A stretch of 32,520 nucleotides of DNA, taken from contig JARRQT010000009.1 of NCBI GenBank assembly GCA_037381445.1, forward strand, positions 1 to 32,520, read 5' to 3'. Source of the DNA: Calditrichia bacterium (GTDB taxonomy: Bacteria > Calditrichota > Calditrichia > RBG-13-44-9). This document shows, in pieces, positions 1 to 9,042 of the stretch. Under the pieces are notes generated by a model. That model made no database searches. It was given only the letters and a program-made list of their open reading frames with translations, and was not told the origin of the DNA. A program made the position numbers and the translations under genes. Position 1 is the stretch's first letter, and each line of letters starts with the position of its first letter.

Positions 1-540
1 GCCAGCAGAATACTGGGTGACCCGGAAGGCGCAGCCGTCGCCGCCAAGAGGATCACCTTCTCCACCAGCGGAATTGTTCCCAAAATCTATCAGTATTCCG
101 ATGATGAGCTTCCCTTTGGACTTGCAATTTCCCTTCATGCGCCAAACCAGGAACTGCGCGAACAGATTATGCCGGTGGCAAAAAAATTCCCACTCAGTGA
201 ATTGATTGAGAGCGTCCGCTATTATATGAAGGCCAAAAAGCGAAACCGGGTGACGTTCGAATATGTCCTCCTGCACGGGATTAATGATTCGCCCAAAGAA
301 GCCAGAGAACTGATCGGCCTGCTCTCCCCGCTGCGCTGTAAATTAAACCTGATCCCCTGTAATCAGAACGATCTGGGTTATTTTCCCCCGTCCCCTGTAG
401 ATCTGGAAAAATTTGTTTCGATTATGATGGAGGCACCCTTCACGGTCACGGTGCGCAAGAATCGCGGGGAAGATATCACCGCCGCCTGCGGGCAATTGGC
501 CGTCGAAGTTCAGGAAAAAGTTATTTTTATGAAGCCCTGA
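1..540 (+). CDS. rlmN: 23S rRNA/tRNA A2503 C2-methyltransferase RlmN (radical SAM), 3' part; start lies outside the window
   Basis: Frame 1 is open from base 1 (ASRILGDPEG...RITFSTSG...LAISLHAP...LREQIMP). It contains EYVLLHGIND, NLIP and the C-terminal RGEDITAACGQL motif typical of RlmN. Confidence 0.92.
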   Translation, partial: ASRILGDPEGAAVAAKRITFSTSGIVPKIYQYSDDELPFGLAISLHAPNQELREQIMPVAKKFPLSELIESVRYYMKAKKRNRVTFEYVLLHGINDSPKEARELIGLLSPLRCKLNLIPCNQNDLGYFPPSPVDLEKFVSIMMEAPFTVTVRKNRGEDITAACGQLAVEVQEKVIFMKP

Positions 541-659
541 AATCCGTCGTGCTAATTTCCCCAACTATTGATGGATTCTAATACTATGGATAGTTCTCCC
601 TGGATATAAAGCAGACCGGCCCGGCAAAGCAGGCGATCACCTGCGGCCGGCAAACGTTC

Positions 660-1571
660 CTAAAACAGCTTTTTTCGTTTCAGCAAATAGCGAATGAGTG
701 CCCTGTCGAAAGGTTCGTTGGTCAGAATATTCTGAAAATCGATGTGGCTGTTCAGGCTTTCCCGCTGCAGACGGTCGTAAAATTCTCCGATCAGTTTGCG
801 ATACCTCTCCTGCAAAAAGAACGGCTGGGTTTTCAGCTTTTCCCCGGTTTCCATATCAACGAAGGTGGCGTCGTCGCTGAATTCGAAATACCGGTCGTTG
901 GGATCCATGATATTAAACACCAGGATTTCATGATTGTAGTGTCGGAAATGCTTCAGCCCCTGCAATATTTTGTCGGAATCTTCATAGAGAAATTCGGTCA
1001 GCAGCACAATAAGCCCGCGCCGTTTGATCTTTTCAGCCAATTCATGAAGCGTCTCACTTACTGCTGTGGTACTCTGTGAAAGCTCAATTTCGGACAAATC
1101 CTTCAGGATAAACCGCAGGTAGCCGGGTGATGACTTGGGGGGCAGGAACCGATGGATTTTATCGGAGAAAGTGACCAGCCCTACCGCATCCCGCTGCTTG
1201 ATGAACAGGTATGAGAAGGCCGCCGCCAGAAAGCGGGCATATTCAACCTTGCTGATTTTGCCGCTTTTATAACCCATGGACCCGGAGACATCCAGCAGAA
1301 TGTAGGCCTTGAGATTGGTTTCTTCCTCATACTGCTTGATATAAAAACGGTTTGTCCGGCCATACACTTTCCAGTCAATGTCGCGGATGTTGTCTCCCGG
1401 CATGTACTGTCGGTGTTCGCTGAATTCCACGCTGAACCCATGATAAGGACTTTTATGAAGCCCCACCAGAAAACCTTCCACAATCATGCGGGCAACCAAT
1501 TCCAGGTTTTTAATCCCGGAAACCATTTCCGGCCTGAGGTATTGCTGTATATTTTTTGGCGTATCATTCAT
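660..1571 (-). CDS. DUF58 domain protein (vWA-like, MoxR-associated family)
   Basis: GLHKSPYHGFSVEFSEHRQYMPGD..IDWKVYGRT...KQYEEETN..LDVSGSM is the DUF58 signature. ATG at 1571 is preferred over TTG at 1583. Confidence 0.9.
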   Translation of the reverse strand: MNDTPKNIQQYLRPEMVSGIKNLELVARMIVEGFLVGLHKSPYHGFSVEFSEHRQYMPGDNIRDIDWKVYGRTNRFYIKQYEEETNLKAYILLDVSGSMGYKSGKISKVEYARFLAAAFSYLFIKQRDAVGLVTFSDKIHRFLPPKSSPGYLRFILKDLSEIELSQSTTAVSETLHELAEKIKRRGLIVLLTEFLYEDSDKILQGLKHFRHYNHEILVFNIMDPNDRYFEFSDDATFVDMETGEKLKTQPFFLQERYRKLIGEFYDRLQRESLNSHIDFQNILTNEPFDRALIRYLLKRKKLF

Positions 1572-1721
1572 AACTTTTCTCAAAAGAAAACATTTTGTTT
1601 TCTTTAAAGTAAGAAATTATTTCAGGGCTCAAAAATATTTTTTATCTTAACCTGTAACCAAATGGTTATTCGTTTCATCAAAAATTCCGATTTGAAGATA
1701 AAAAACAAGGAGAAGTTTCAA

Positions 1722-2693
1722 ATGACAGATACCAAACACTACAAAGTAATTATCATTGGGTCAGGTGCAGCCGGACTTACCGCTGCACTTTATACATCCC
1801 GGGCCAACCTCAATCCGTTGGTCATCGAAGGAATACAGCCTGGCGGACAATTAACAATCACGACCGAAGTTGAGAATTTCCCCGGCTTTCCCAAAGGAAT
1901 CCAGGGACCGGAATTAATGGACAATATGCACAAACAGGTGGAAAAATTCGGCACCGAATTCTTTTATGGGGTTGTCAATAGTGTGGATTTGCAGAGCAGA
2001 CCCTTCAAACTGGAAGTGGAAGGTAAAAATTTTACCTGCGATGCACTAATTGTTGCTTCCGGCGCTTCCGCCCGCCTGCTGGGACTGGAGTCGGAATCGA
2101 AATTGATGGGGCACGGCGTGTCCGCCTGCGCAACATGTGACGGCTTCTTTTTCACCGGTAAAGAAATCGCGGTAGTTGGCGGCGGAGATTCCGCCATGGA
2201 AGAAGGAACATTCCTGACCAAGTTCGCTTCGAAAGTGACCATCATTCACCGCCGTGATGAGCTGCGCGCCTCTCCCATTATGCAGGAACGGGCCCGCCGT
2301 AATCCCAAAATTGAATTCCTTTGGAATAAAGAAGTTATAGAGGTTCTTGGGACGCCGGAAAAAGGTATTGACGGTCTGAAATTAAAAGACACCGTTAGCG
2401 GGGAAGAAAGCGTTTTCCCCACCGAGGGCCTGTTCCTGGCGATCGGCCACGTACCCAATACCGAAGTTTTCAAAGGCCAGCTGGATGTCGATGCGAAGGG
2501 CTACATCATTACCCGGAACAAGAGCACCAAAACCAATGTCCCCGGTGTTTTCTCTGCCGGCGACGTGCAGGACCCGGTTTACCGCCAGGCCATCACTGCG
2601 GCGGGGTCCGGTTGTATGGCAGCCCTGGACACCCAGCATTATCTGGAAGAACTGGAATACGCTAAAGAAAATGAAGTAGAACAGGAAGCCTGA
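1722..2693 (+). CDS. trxB: Thioredoxin-disulfide reductase
   Basis: Motifs IIGSGAAG (FAD), GGQL.ITTEVENFPGF, redox CATC, GGGDSAMEE (NADPH) and AGDVQD..YRQAITAAG. AAGGAG RBS precedes ATG at 1722. Confidence 0.97.
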   Translation: MTDTKHYKVIIIGSGAAGLTAALYTSRANLNPLVIEGIQPGGQLTITTEVENFPGFPKGIQGPELMDNMHKQVEKFGTEFFYGVVNSVDLQSRPFKLEVEGKNFTCDALIVASGASARLLGLESESKLMGHGVSACATCDGFFFTGKEIAVVGGGDSAMEEGTFLTKFASKVTIIHRRDELRASPIMQERARRNPKIEFLWNKEVIEVLGTPEKGIDGLKLKDTVSGEESVFPTEGLFLAIGHVPNTEVFKGQLDVDAKGYIITRNKSTKTNVPGVFSAGDVQDPVYRQAITAAGSGCMAALDTQHYLEELEYAKENEVEQEA

Positions 2694-2708
2694 TCAATAT
2701 AGAAAACG

Positions 2709-2745
2709 AAAAAGCCGGCAGATGAATATCGCTGTCGGCTTTTTT
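2709..2745. terminator. Bidirectional intrinsic terminator between trxB and the convergent selenoprotein gene
   Basis: aaaaa-GCCGGCAG-(10 nt)-CTGTCGGC-tttttt: a stem with one G-U pair, flanked by A and T tracts. Confidence 0.75.
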
Positions 2746-2863
2746 ATCGCTTAAAAATAAATGTGCGTTCTATTTGATGTTTCGTGAATATCAGGCAGAC
2801 CGGTCCCCAAAGATTTCCCGACCATGCAGTCGGAAATCATGCGGTTGCGGAAAACAGGAAACC

Positions 2864-3097
2864 TCAATCCTGCATTTTCTTCAGCGCTTCCAGAACCTCC
2901 CGATTCTCAGGAAACCGGTATTCTTTCTTCTTTGAAAAAATCAGTTTGCCGTCCGCTTCCACTTCAAATACGCCTCCGGCGGATTTAATAAAATCCACTT
3001 CGATGCCGGTTTCTTTTTTAATCGCCGCTGCCAGCCTGGCAGCATGAGGGTAGTAGTTTCATTCGTTGCAGTATTCAATTGACACTTTCTTTACCAT
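2864..3097 (-). CDS. SelW/SelT/SelH (Rdx) family selenoprotein, 77 aa, with Sec at codon 13 (UGA at 3061-3059)
   Basis: Manual translation gives MVKKVSIEYCNE-U-NYYPHAARLAAAIKKETGIEVDFIKSAGGVFEVEADGKLIFSKKKEYRFPENREVLEALKKMQD. It has I.YCxxU, GGVFEV..DG.LIFSK and RFP, all Rdx-family motifs. AAAGGAG RBS lies 6 nt before the ATG. Not in the supplied ORF track. Confidence 0.92.
3027..3043 (-). promoter_or_regulatory. Candidate bacterial SECIS element
   Basis: GCUGCCA-GGC-UGGCAGC is a perfect 7-bp stem with a G-led apical loop, starting 15 nt 3' of the in-frame UGA. This fits the position of bacterial SECIS elements. Confidence 0.65.
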
Positions 3098-3123
3098 GGC
3101 AGGCTCCTTTCTGTGAGTGTTTT

Positions 3124-4053
3124 TTATCTACGAACTGCTAATCCGTCCAACGGTAAATTATAACGCAGATAATCATTAAAGACAACGGCAAAATTCCTTT
3201 TCAGATCTCTGCGGCTGTTCATAATATAGATGTAATGATTCAATTGAAAGATTTGTTCGGATACCCGCTGAATGGGCATATTCCCCAGACTGCAAATCCC
3301 CCTGAGACGAATCAGCTCCTCTTCAAACATGAGAACAATCTTGTCCTTTACGCGCAGATGGGTGTCGTTTAAAAAGATGGCAACATCCGGCACCAGACTG
3401 ACAATCCTGTCCAAAAATGCGGCAACGGTTGAATTATGTATCCCCTTCGGCGGGGCAGATTTCACCTCCACGAATAGCAATTTTTGCATCCAGTTGGCCA
3501 GTACATCGAAATCCCCGCCGCTGCTGTTGCCGCCGAGGCTCACATTACAAAGCACCGGGATTTGGAATTTCACAATCAATAGCAGACCGGTAAAGAGTTC
3601 GGCCAGATCACCGGTCCGCAAAACCGGGGCGAACTGAAACCGATAGTCGTTCCCCTCTTGGACAACCAGTCCCAGGGAGATTAAATTATTCAGGATACCT
3701 CTGGCGCTCTTTTCGGAACAGTAGTGTAGCAGTTTTTTCAGCGGTAGTCCGCCGGGATGGGCCAGGAGATCGTGGAGGAGCAGCCGTACGGAATACCGTT
3801 GCACGAGCTGATAGAATTCAGAAATCCGGTTCGCTTCATCCAGTTTCAATTGGCTGAGCAAAGCTCCGGGCGAAAAATATTTGACCGGCTTTAATCCGCG
3901 CCCCAGAATAAAGGGGATCGTATTGGACTCGCACCAGGCATCGAGGTTGACTGTTTGTTCTATCATTAGAAAAAATTTTATTTTTGGGAGATCCCACCGT
4001 ACAGAATTTTGTTCAAAGGAAATCATTGTCACGAAACAGCGCCCGGTAATCAT
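3124..4053 (-). CDS. Hypothetical protein with a winged-helix-like middle region and a C-terminal PD-(D/E)XK nuclease-like motif; start uncertain (4053/4026/3966)
   Basis: 309-aa ORF. SARGILNNLISLGLVVQEGNDYRF resembles a wHTH recognition helix and wing. GGDFDVLA...LLFVEVKS matches the restriction-endonuclease-fold D..E.K pattern. Confidence 0.6.
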   Translation of the reverse strand: MITGRCFVTMISFEQNSVRWDLPKIKFFLMIEQTVNLDAWCESNTIPFILGRGLKPVKYFSPGALLSQLKLDEANRISEFYQLVQRYSVRLLLHDLLAHPGGLPLKKLLHYCSEKSARGILNNLISLGLVVQEGNDYRFQFAPVLRTGDLAELFTGLLLIVKFQIPVLCNVSLGGNSSGGDFDVLANWMQKLLFVEVKSAPPKGIHNSTVAAFLDRIVSLVPDVAIFLNDTHLRVKDKIVLMFEEELIRLRGICSLGNMPIQRVSEQIFQLNHYIYIMNSRRDLKRNFAVVFNDYLRYNLPLDGLAVRR

Positions 4054-4086
4054 CCGGCCGGATTTTCCCTGCCGATCAGCTCGTAA

Positions 4087-4326
4087 TCAGGCATTTCCCT
4101 TCGCCGCAAAGCCACGGGCCTGCAGTTGAACCACCAGCCTCTTGATCCCCAGATATCCCAACAGCCACGAAACGCCGGTCACCACGACAAAAATCAGAAT
4201 ATTCAGCGTCGATTCAGGATCGAGAGGCCACCATGGCAGATATCGCACAATCAATTCCCAGATTACCGGAAAGGCAAAAAATATTGCAACCTGGACCAGT
4301 TGAATGATAAGTTCGCGCAATGTCAT
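4087..4326 (-). CDS. Small membrane protein (79 aa, about two TM helices)
   Basis: Hydrophobic stretches LIIQLVQVAIFFAFPVIW and ILIFVVVTGVSWLLGYLGI. AAGGGGG RBS precedes ATG at 4326. Confidence 0.6.
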   Translation of the reverse strand: MTLRELIIQLVQVAIFFAFPVIWELIVRYLPWWPLDPESTLNILIFVVVTGVSWLLGYLGIKRLVVQLQARGFAAKGNA

Positions 4327-4509
4327 AATGCCCCCTTTTTTTATAAAATATAGAATAAACAATATTAAAATTCAAATTAAAACCGGTTATATGGAATATT
4401 ATGTCAAATGGGGTTGTATTTCCGCATCACTATTTCTAACCTTTCCCGCATTGGTGTATTTCTCATAATTCTGCCAAAATCCGGTAATTCCATAAGGTTT
4501 AATGCAGGC

Positions 4510-4538
4510 TTGTAATATTGCCGGAATGGAATTATATT
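4510..4538 (+). promoter_or_regulatory. Possible sigma70-type promoter for hflKC
   Basis: TTGTAA-17 bp-TATATT in the AT-rich divergent intergenic region. Confidence 0.35.
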
Positions 4539-4711
4539 AAATTGTGAAGTTAAGTAATTTGATATTTCAATTAGTGAAGACAAAAAACCGTTTTTTAAAT
4601 CCAGTTATAGTCAGCCATATTTTCCCCCTTATTTTTGCAGGAATTCCAGATATTCAATCCAAGAACTTACAACCATGATAATAAATCATTTACAACTAAA
4701 GGAGAAGGCTT

Positions 4712-5698
4712 ATGCAGGAAAACATGCCGTTTGATCTAAATCAATTCCGGCCTCCCCAGATGGATAAGAAGAAAATCCAGTGGGTCGTCATTGGTATTCT
4801 GGCCCTCATTTTTCTCTATTCAGGCATCTTTACTGTAGGACCGGAAGAGGTTGGCGTCATTTTGCGTTTGGGAAAATTCAACCGGACCGTTTACTCCGGC
4901 CTGAATTTCAAATTGCCTTTCGGAATCGAAACCGTTGACAAGGTCCCGGTTGAAAGACAGCTGAAGCTGGAGTTTGGCTTCCGGACAGAGGAACCGGGGG
5001 TTCAAACCCGATATGCGAGGGGCGGCTATCATGACGAATCGTTGATGCTGACGGGAGACCTGAATGCCGCTGAAGTGGAATGGATCGTCCAGTACCGGAT
5101 TCATGATCCCTACAAGTTTTTATTCAAGGTCAGGAATGCGACCCAGACCTTCCGGGATCTGAATGAGGCCATCATGCGGGAAATTGTCGGCGACAGGACT
5201 GTTAATGAAGTGCTCACGGTGGGCAGGCAGGAGATAGCCTCCACCGCAGAAGTAAAGCTGCAGGAACTTGCCGATCAGTATGAGACCGGCATCAAAGTGG
5301 AGCAGGTCGTATTGCAAGATGTCAATCCTCCCGAACGGGTAAAGCCGGCTTTCAACGAGGTTAACGAAGCGCAGCAGGAACGCGAAAAGCTGATCAACCA
5401 GGCCTGGGCGGAATACAACAAAGAGATCCCCAAGGCCAAAGGTGATGCTGAACGGACTATTGAAGAGGCGCGCGGATATGCACTGGAACGCGTCAACGAA
5501 GCCAAAGGCCAGTCCGCCAAGTTCAACTCTATTTTCAAAGAATATATGAAAGCAAAGGAAGTTACCCGGCAGCGGATTTATCTGGAGACAATGGATGAGA
5601 TTCTGCAAAAGGTTGGAAAGAAACTTATTACCGACGACAAGGCTTCCGGGATTTTGCCTCTGTTTCAAATGAGCAAGGAGGGACTGAAAAATGAATAA
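4712..5698 (+). CDS. hflK: FtsH protease modulator HflK (SPFH domain)
   Basis: N-terminal TM helix, ESLMLTGDLN, SPFH core, LQDVNPPERVKPAFNEV..AQQERE and EVTRQRIYLETM. AAGGAG RBS. Overlaps the hflC start. Confidence 0.93.
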   Translation: MQENMPFDLNQFRPPQMDKKKIQWVVIGILALIFLYSGIFTVGPEEVGVILRLGKFNRTVYSGLNFKLPFGIETVDKVPVERQLKLEFGFRTEEPGVQTRYARGGYHDESLMLTGDLNAAEVEWIVQYRIHDPYKFLFKVRNATQTFRDLNEAIMREIVGDRTVNEVLTVGRQEIASTAEVKLQELADQYETGIKVEQVVLQDVNPPERVKPAFNEVNEAQQEREKLINQAWAEYNKEIPKAKGDAERTIEEARGYALERVNEAKGQSAKFNSIFKEYMKAKEVTRQRIYLETMDEILQKVGKKLITDDKASGILPLFQMSKEGLKNE

Positions 5699-6475
5699 TG
5701 CGAGATATATTATCATCGGAGCGGTGGCATTCGTCATTTTTATCAGCCTGGTTTCAGCCGTTTTCGTGGTGAATGAAAAGGAACAGGCCATCATTACCCA
5801 GTTTGGAAAACCGGTGGGCGATCCTATTGTGGAACCGGGGATTCATTTCAAGATGCCGTTTATTCAGACTGTTCATTTTTTTGATAAACGATTTCTGGAA
5901 TGGGACGGTGATCCGAACCAGATTCCGACGCGCGACAAGCGCTTTATCTGGGTTAACACCTATGCGCGCTGGCGGATCAGCGATCCCCTGTTGTTTTTTC
6001 AGCGGGTGAGGGACGAACGGGGTGCCCAGTCCCGGCTGGATGACATCCTGGACGGTGAGACGCGCAATGCCATCGCCAGCCACGACCTGGTGGAGATTAT
6101 CCGAACCAGCATTACGTGGACGAGGTCCAGCAAAAGATATTTGACCGCATGATATCGGAAAGAAAGAGAATTGCGGAAAAATTCCGTTCCGAGGGACAGG
6201 GTGAAGCCTCCAAAATTCTGGGTCAGAAAGAGCGCGAACTGAAAAAGATACAATCCGAGGCTTATAAAACCGCACAGGAAATCATCGGTAAGGCAGACGG
6301 AGAGGCCACCAATATATATGCACGTGCCTATAATCAGAATCAGGATTCCCGGGATTTCTACCGCTTTTTGAAAACCATGGAAACCTATAAGACCACACTC
6401 TCCGATAAAGACTGGCTGATTCTTTCCACTAAAGGCGATTTCTTCAAATACCTGGAAAAACAAAAAGGTGATTAG
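5691..6475 (+). pseudogene. hflC: hflC interrupted by an internal frameshifting deletion at about 6111 (real pseudogene or assembly artefact)
   Basis: 5691-6110 encodes the HflC N-terminus (QAIITQFGKP, PGIHFKMPFIQ, IPTRDKR). 6113-6475, in another frame, encodes the C-terminus (YVDEVQQKIFDRMISERKRIAEKFRSEG...DFYRFLKTMETY). The intervening SPFH segment is absent from both frames. Confidence 0.85.
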
Positions 6476-6479
6476 AGCC

Positions 6480-6515
6480 AAAAAATCCGGGGGCCGCAAG
6501 CTCCCGGATTTTTTT
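6480..6515. terminator. Bidirectional intrinsic terminator between hflC and the convergent TonB receptor gene
   Basis: aaaaaATCCGGGGGC-cgcaa-GCTCCCGGATtttttt. Confidence 0.85.
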
Positions 6516-6537
6516 ATCTCATCAAAAATAATTTATT

Positions 6538-8748
6538 CTATTTTAAAAACGACCCATCCATGCCCACGGTTACCCGGTATTCACGGCCCGGTATGGGATA
6601 ACCCTGAATTACCTGGATGTTTTTATCCATCAGATTATTGACCTCAAAACGCACCGTCCATTTCAGTCCCGCTAAGGCAGGATTTATGGCAATATTCAGG
6701 TTAACCAGGGAATAGGAATCCAGCTTAGCCGTATTCATGTCATCATTGTAACGCTCACCCACATAATGATAAAACAGATTAAAGGCGGCAAAGCTGGCGT
6801 GGACTCCCAGACCGGCGTCAAATTTATTTTTGGGCCGATAGACAAGATACTTGCCCCGGGTAAGCGGATTACTGCTCCGGTCGGTGGATTTCATGAAGGT
6901 GCAGCCAAACTGAGCATTTAATACATTCCTGAAACTGCTCCAACTGATCTTGGATTCAATTCCCCGGGTAAGCGCCTCGGATACATTCTGCGGCATATAT
7001 TTCCCCGATTCCCCGAGTGTCCAGATAATCAGGTTTTGCAGGCGGCTGGCGAAATATGTCCCTTCAACGCTCCAGTAGCCAAATCTTTGAAACTGCGTGA
7101 TGAAACCGCCATCATAACTGTATCCTTCTTCCGGCTTCAAATCGGGATTTCCCACAGTCCAACTATCCTCGGGCCAATATAAATCATTAAATGTAGGGAC
7201 CCTGAATACTCTTCCCACATTTCCCCGGATCGTTCCCAGCCAGTCAGATGTCCTGTTCAGCGTGAATCCGATTTTAGGGGTGAGCTGCGTTCCGCTTTGC
7301 TTGTCGGGATACCGATCCAGCCGAATGGCTGGAACCAGCGTGAATTTCAGATGAGGCGATAATGCATGTTTCCATTCATCCTGCAGGAAGAAACCATGAA
7401 CGTGCCGCTGATGATTTCCCAGAAACGGTTGAATTTCCCCATTCAGCCTTTTGTCGGCCTTCATATCGTCCTGCCGAAAATCGTACCCATAAGAAAGCAA
7501 TCCCCCGGATTGCAGATCACTGTATCCCTGTATGCTGAGACCAAAGGCGTTATTCTCGTAATGGTCATTCTCCAGCGCCGGCAAATATTCCGGTGTATAG
7601 CTCTCCGGATCAATATACTGCTGGCCGGTGCGCATCAGGTAACCCTGGAAATTGAGAGCAACCGGCCCCACACTGAATCCATGATAGCTAACGCTTGTAT
7701 GATTCCGGGTAATATTCCTGCGTGCTGAGGCATTCGGAAATTGTATTGGCCCGGGCGATCCTTCTCTGGCATGATGGTATTGATGATAAATTGACAGACG
7801 GGACTGGTTGGGAAATACATATCCCAATTTGGCGAAGATATCATCCGCCTCGTTATCCGCATTTACCATTTTCCTGACCTGCTTTGCATCGTCGAGATAT
7901 TCATAATTCCCGCCGGTTTGGGTGTGGTTATAGGATAGAAAATAATTCCAGTTTCCCAGTCCCTGACCCATTGAAGCATCAAAAATCCGGGTGTTAAAAG
8001 AACCATAGGTCGTGCTCGCTGAAGCGTCCATTCCGCTATCACGGGCCTTGTCTTCGGTGATAATATTGATCACGCCACCCACCGCATCGCTGCCATAGAG
8101 CGCAGAATGACCGCCCTTCACTACCTCAATCTTTTCCACCGCCTCCAGTGGAATCAGGCTAAGGTCGACAGATCCGCTCTGTGAATCATTCAGCCGCTGC
8201 CCATCGACCAGTACCAGTATCTGAGTGTCGGCAGATCCCCGCAGGGATAGCGTGGAAAGAGAACCGACCGGTCCGTAACTTTTCAGCAATGAAGCGCCTA
8301 CCGACTGGAGGGCCTGGCCAACGTTGTCGGCATTTGATTCTTTCAACTGCACCGGTCCCAATACTTCAGTCGCCATCGGCACGGAAGTCACCAGTTCATT
8401 GGAGCGGGTTGCTGTCACAACAACATTCCCGAGATTAAAGGCCCTGGACTTCAGTTTTACATTGAGTTTCAGAGACCGGCCGGCTGAGACGGTCACAGGA
8501 ATTCCGGCCGTTTCATATCCGAGCATGCTGACTACCACCAGATATTTTCCCGCGGGAACTTTATCCATCAGGAAATCCCCCTGTCTTCCGGTCGCGGTTC
8601 CCAGATGCGTATTTTCGATATAAACATTCGCCCCCACCAGATCTTCGCCGCTTTCCGCATCAATAACGTACCCCCTGATTTCTCCGCTGCTGGCAGCGAG
8701 ACCATATCCCCAGATTACCATGCAAAAACAGATACTCAGATATTTCAT
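6538..8748 (-). CDS. TonB-dependent receptor (BtuB/CirA-like plug) with an N-terminal carboxypeptidase-regulatory-like domain; start 8748 (ATG) or 8763 (GTG)
   Basis: Signal peptide, GEIRGYVIDAESGEDLVGANV, VVVTATR TonB-box region, plug LRG...ILVLVDG...IEKIEVVKGGHSALYGSDAVGGVINIIT, GNPDLKPE and C-terminal GYPIPGREY. Confidence 0.9.
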   Translation of the reverse strand: MKYLSICFCMVIWGYGLAASSGEIRGYVIDAESGEDLVGANVYIENTHLGTATGRQGDFLMDKVPAGKYLVVVSMLGYETAGIPVTVSAGRSLKLNVKLKSRAFNLGNVVVTATRSNELVTSVPMATEVLGPVQLKESNADNVGQALQSVGASLLKSYGPVGSLSTLSLRGSADTQILVLVDGQRLNDSQSGSVDLSLIPLEAVEKIEVVKGGHSALYGSDAVGGVINIITEDKARDSGMDASASTTYGSFNTRIFDASMGQGLGNWNYFLSYNHTQTGGNYEYLDDAKQVRKMVNADNEADDIFAKLGYVFPNQSRLSIYHQYHHAREGSPGPIQFPNASARRNITRNHTSVSYHGFSVGPVALNFQGYLMRTGQQYIDPESYTPEYLPALENDHYENNAFGLSIQGYSDLQSGGLLSYGYDFRQDDMKADKRLNGEIQPFLGNHQRHVHGFFLQDEWKHALSPHLKFTLVPAIRLDRYPDKQSGTQLTPKIGFTLNRTSDWLGTIRGNVGRVFRVPTFNDLYWPEDSWTVGNPDLKPEEGYSYDGGFITQFQRFGYWSVEGTYFASRLQNLIIWTLGESGKYMPQNVSEALTRGIESKISWSSFRNVLNAQFGCTFMKSTDRSSNPLTRGKYLVYRPKNKFDAGLGVHASFAAFNLFYHYVGERYNDDMNTAKLDSYSLVNLNIAINPALAGLKWTVRFEVNNLMDKNIQVIQGYPIPGREYRVTVGMDGSFLK

Positions 8749-9011
8749 CAATATTAATTTCACAATCGGCCTATCCTTTTCTATTCTGCCAGCCATTTGA
8801 GTCAATACGGCATTAGTCCGAATATTGATCGCCCGGGCAGCAATTCGTAATGAAATCCTAAATCCCATTTTGGAGCCGGAATGTACGGACTGTTTGTGGA
8901 AAGGTCTACCAAAAAGATGATTTTCAGTCCCTGATTTATAAAAATCCGAAGCAGGATTTGACGACTATATTGTCAATTCCGGATAAATGAATACGCCTGA
9001 AATGCTTTATC

Positions 9012-9042
9012 GACAGGCAGGTAGCTGCGGCTACCTGCTGTC
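9012..9042 (-). terminator. GC-rich hairpin just 3' of the last gene of the glycan locus (possible terminator or mRNA stabiliser)
   Basis: GACA-g-GCAGGTAGC-tgcg-GCTACCTGC-TGTC on the plus strand. There is no strong U tract. Confidence 0.45.

Noticed and set aside
2812..2838. Hairpin GATTTCCCGAC-catgca-GTCGGAAATC 3' of the selenoprotein gene, considered as an archaeal/eukaryote-type 3'-UTR SECIS
   Set aside because: It has no convincing GA-quartet or GAA/A motif, and a bacterial-type hairpin already follows the UGA. It is more likely a terminator or stability stem.
2784..3047. 87-aa plus-strand ORF in the track
   Set aside because: It is the antisense shadow of the minus-strand Rdx selenoprotein gene, which has an RBS and family motifs.
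6116..6475. Independent 119-aa gene or programmed frameshift in hflC
   Set aside because: It is the HflC C-terminal part. There is no slippery sequence at the junction and coding sequence is missing, so frameshifting could not restore the full protein.
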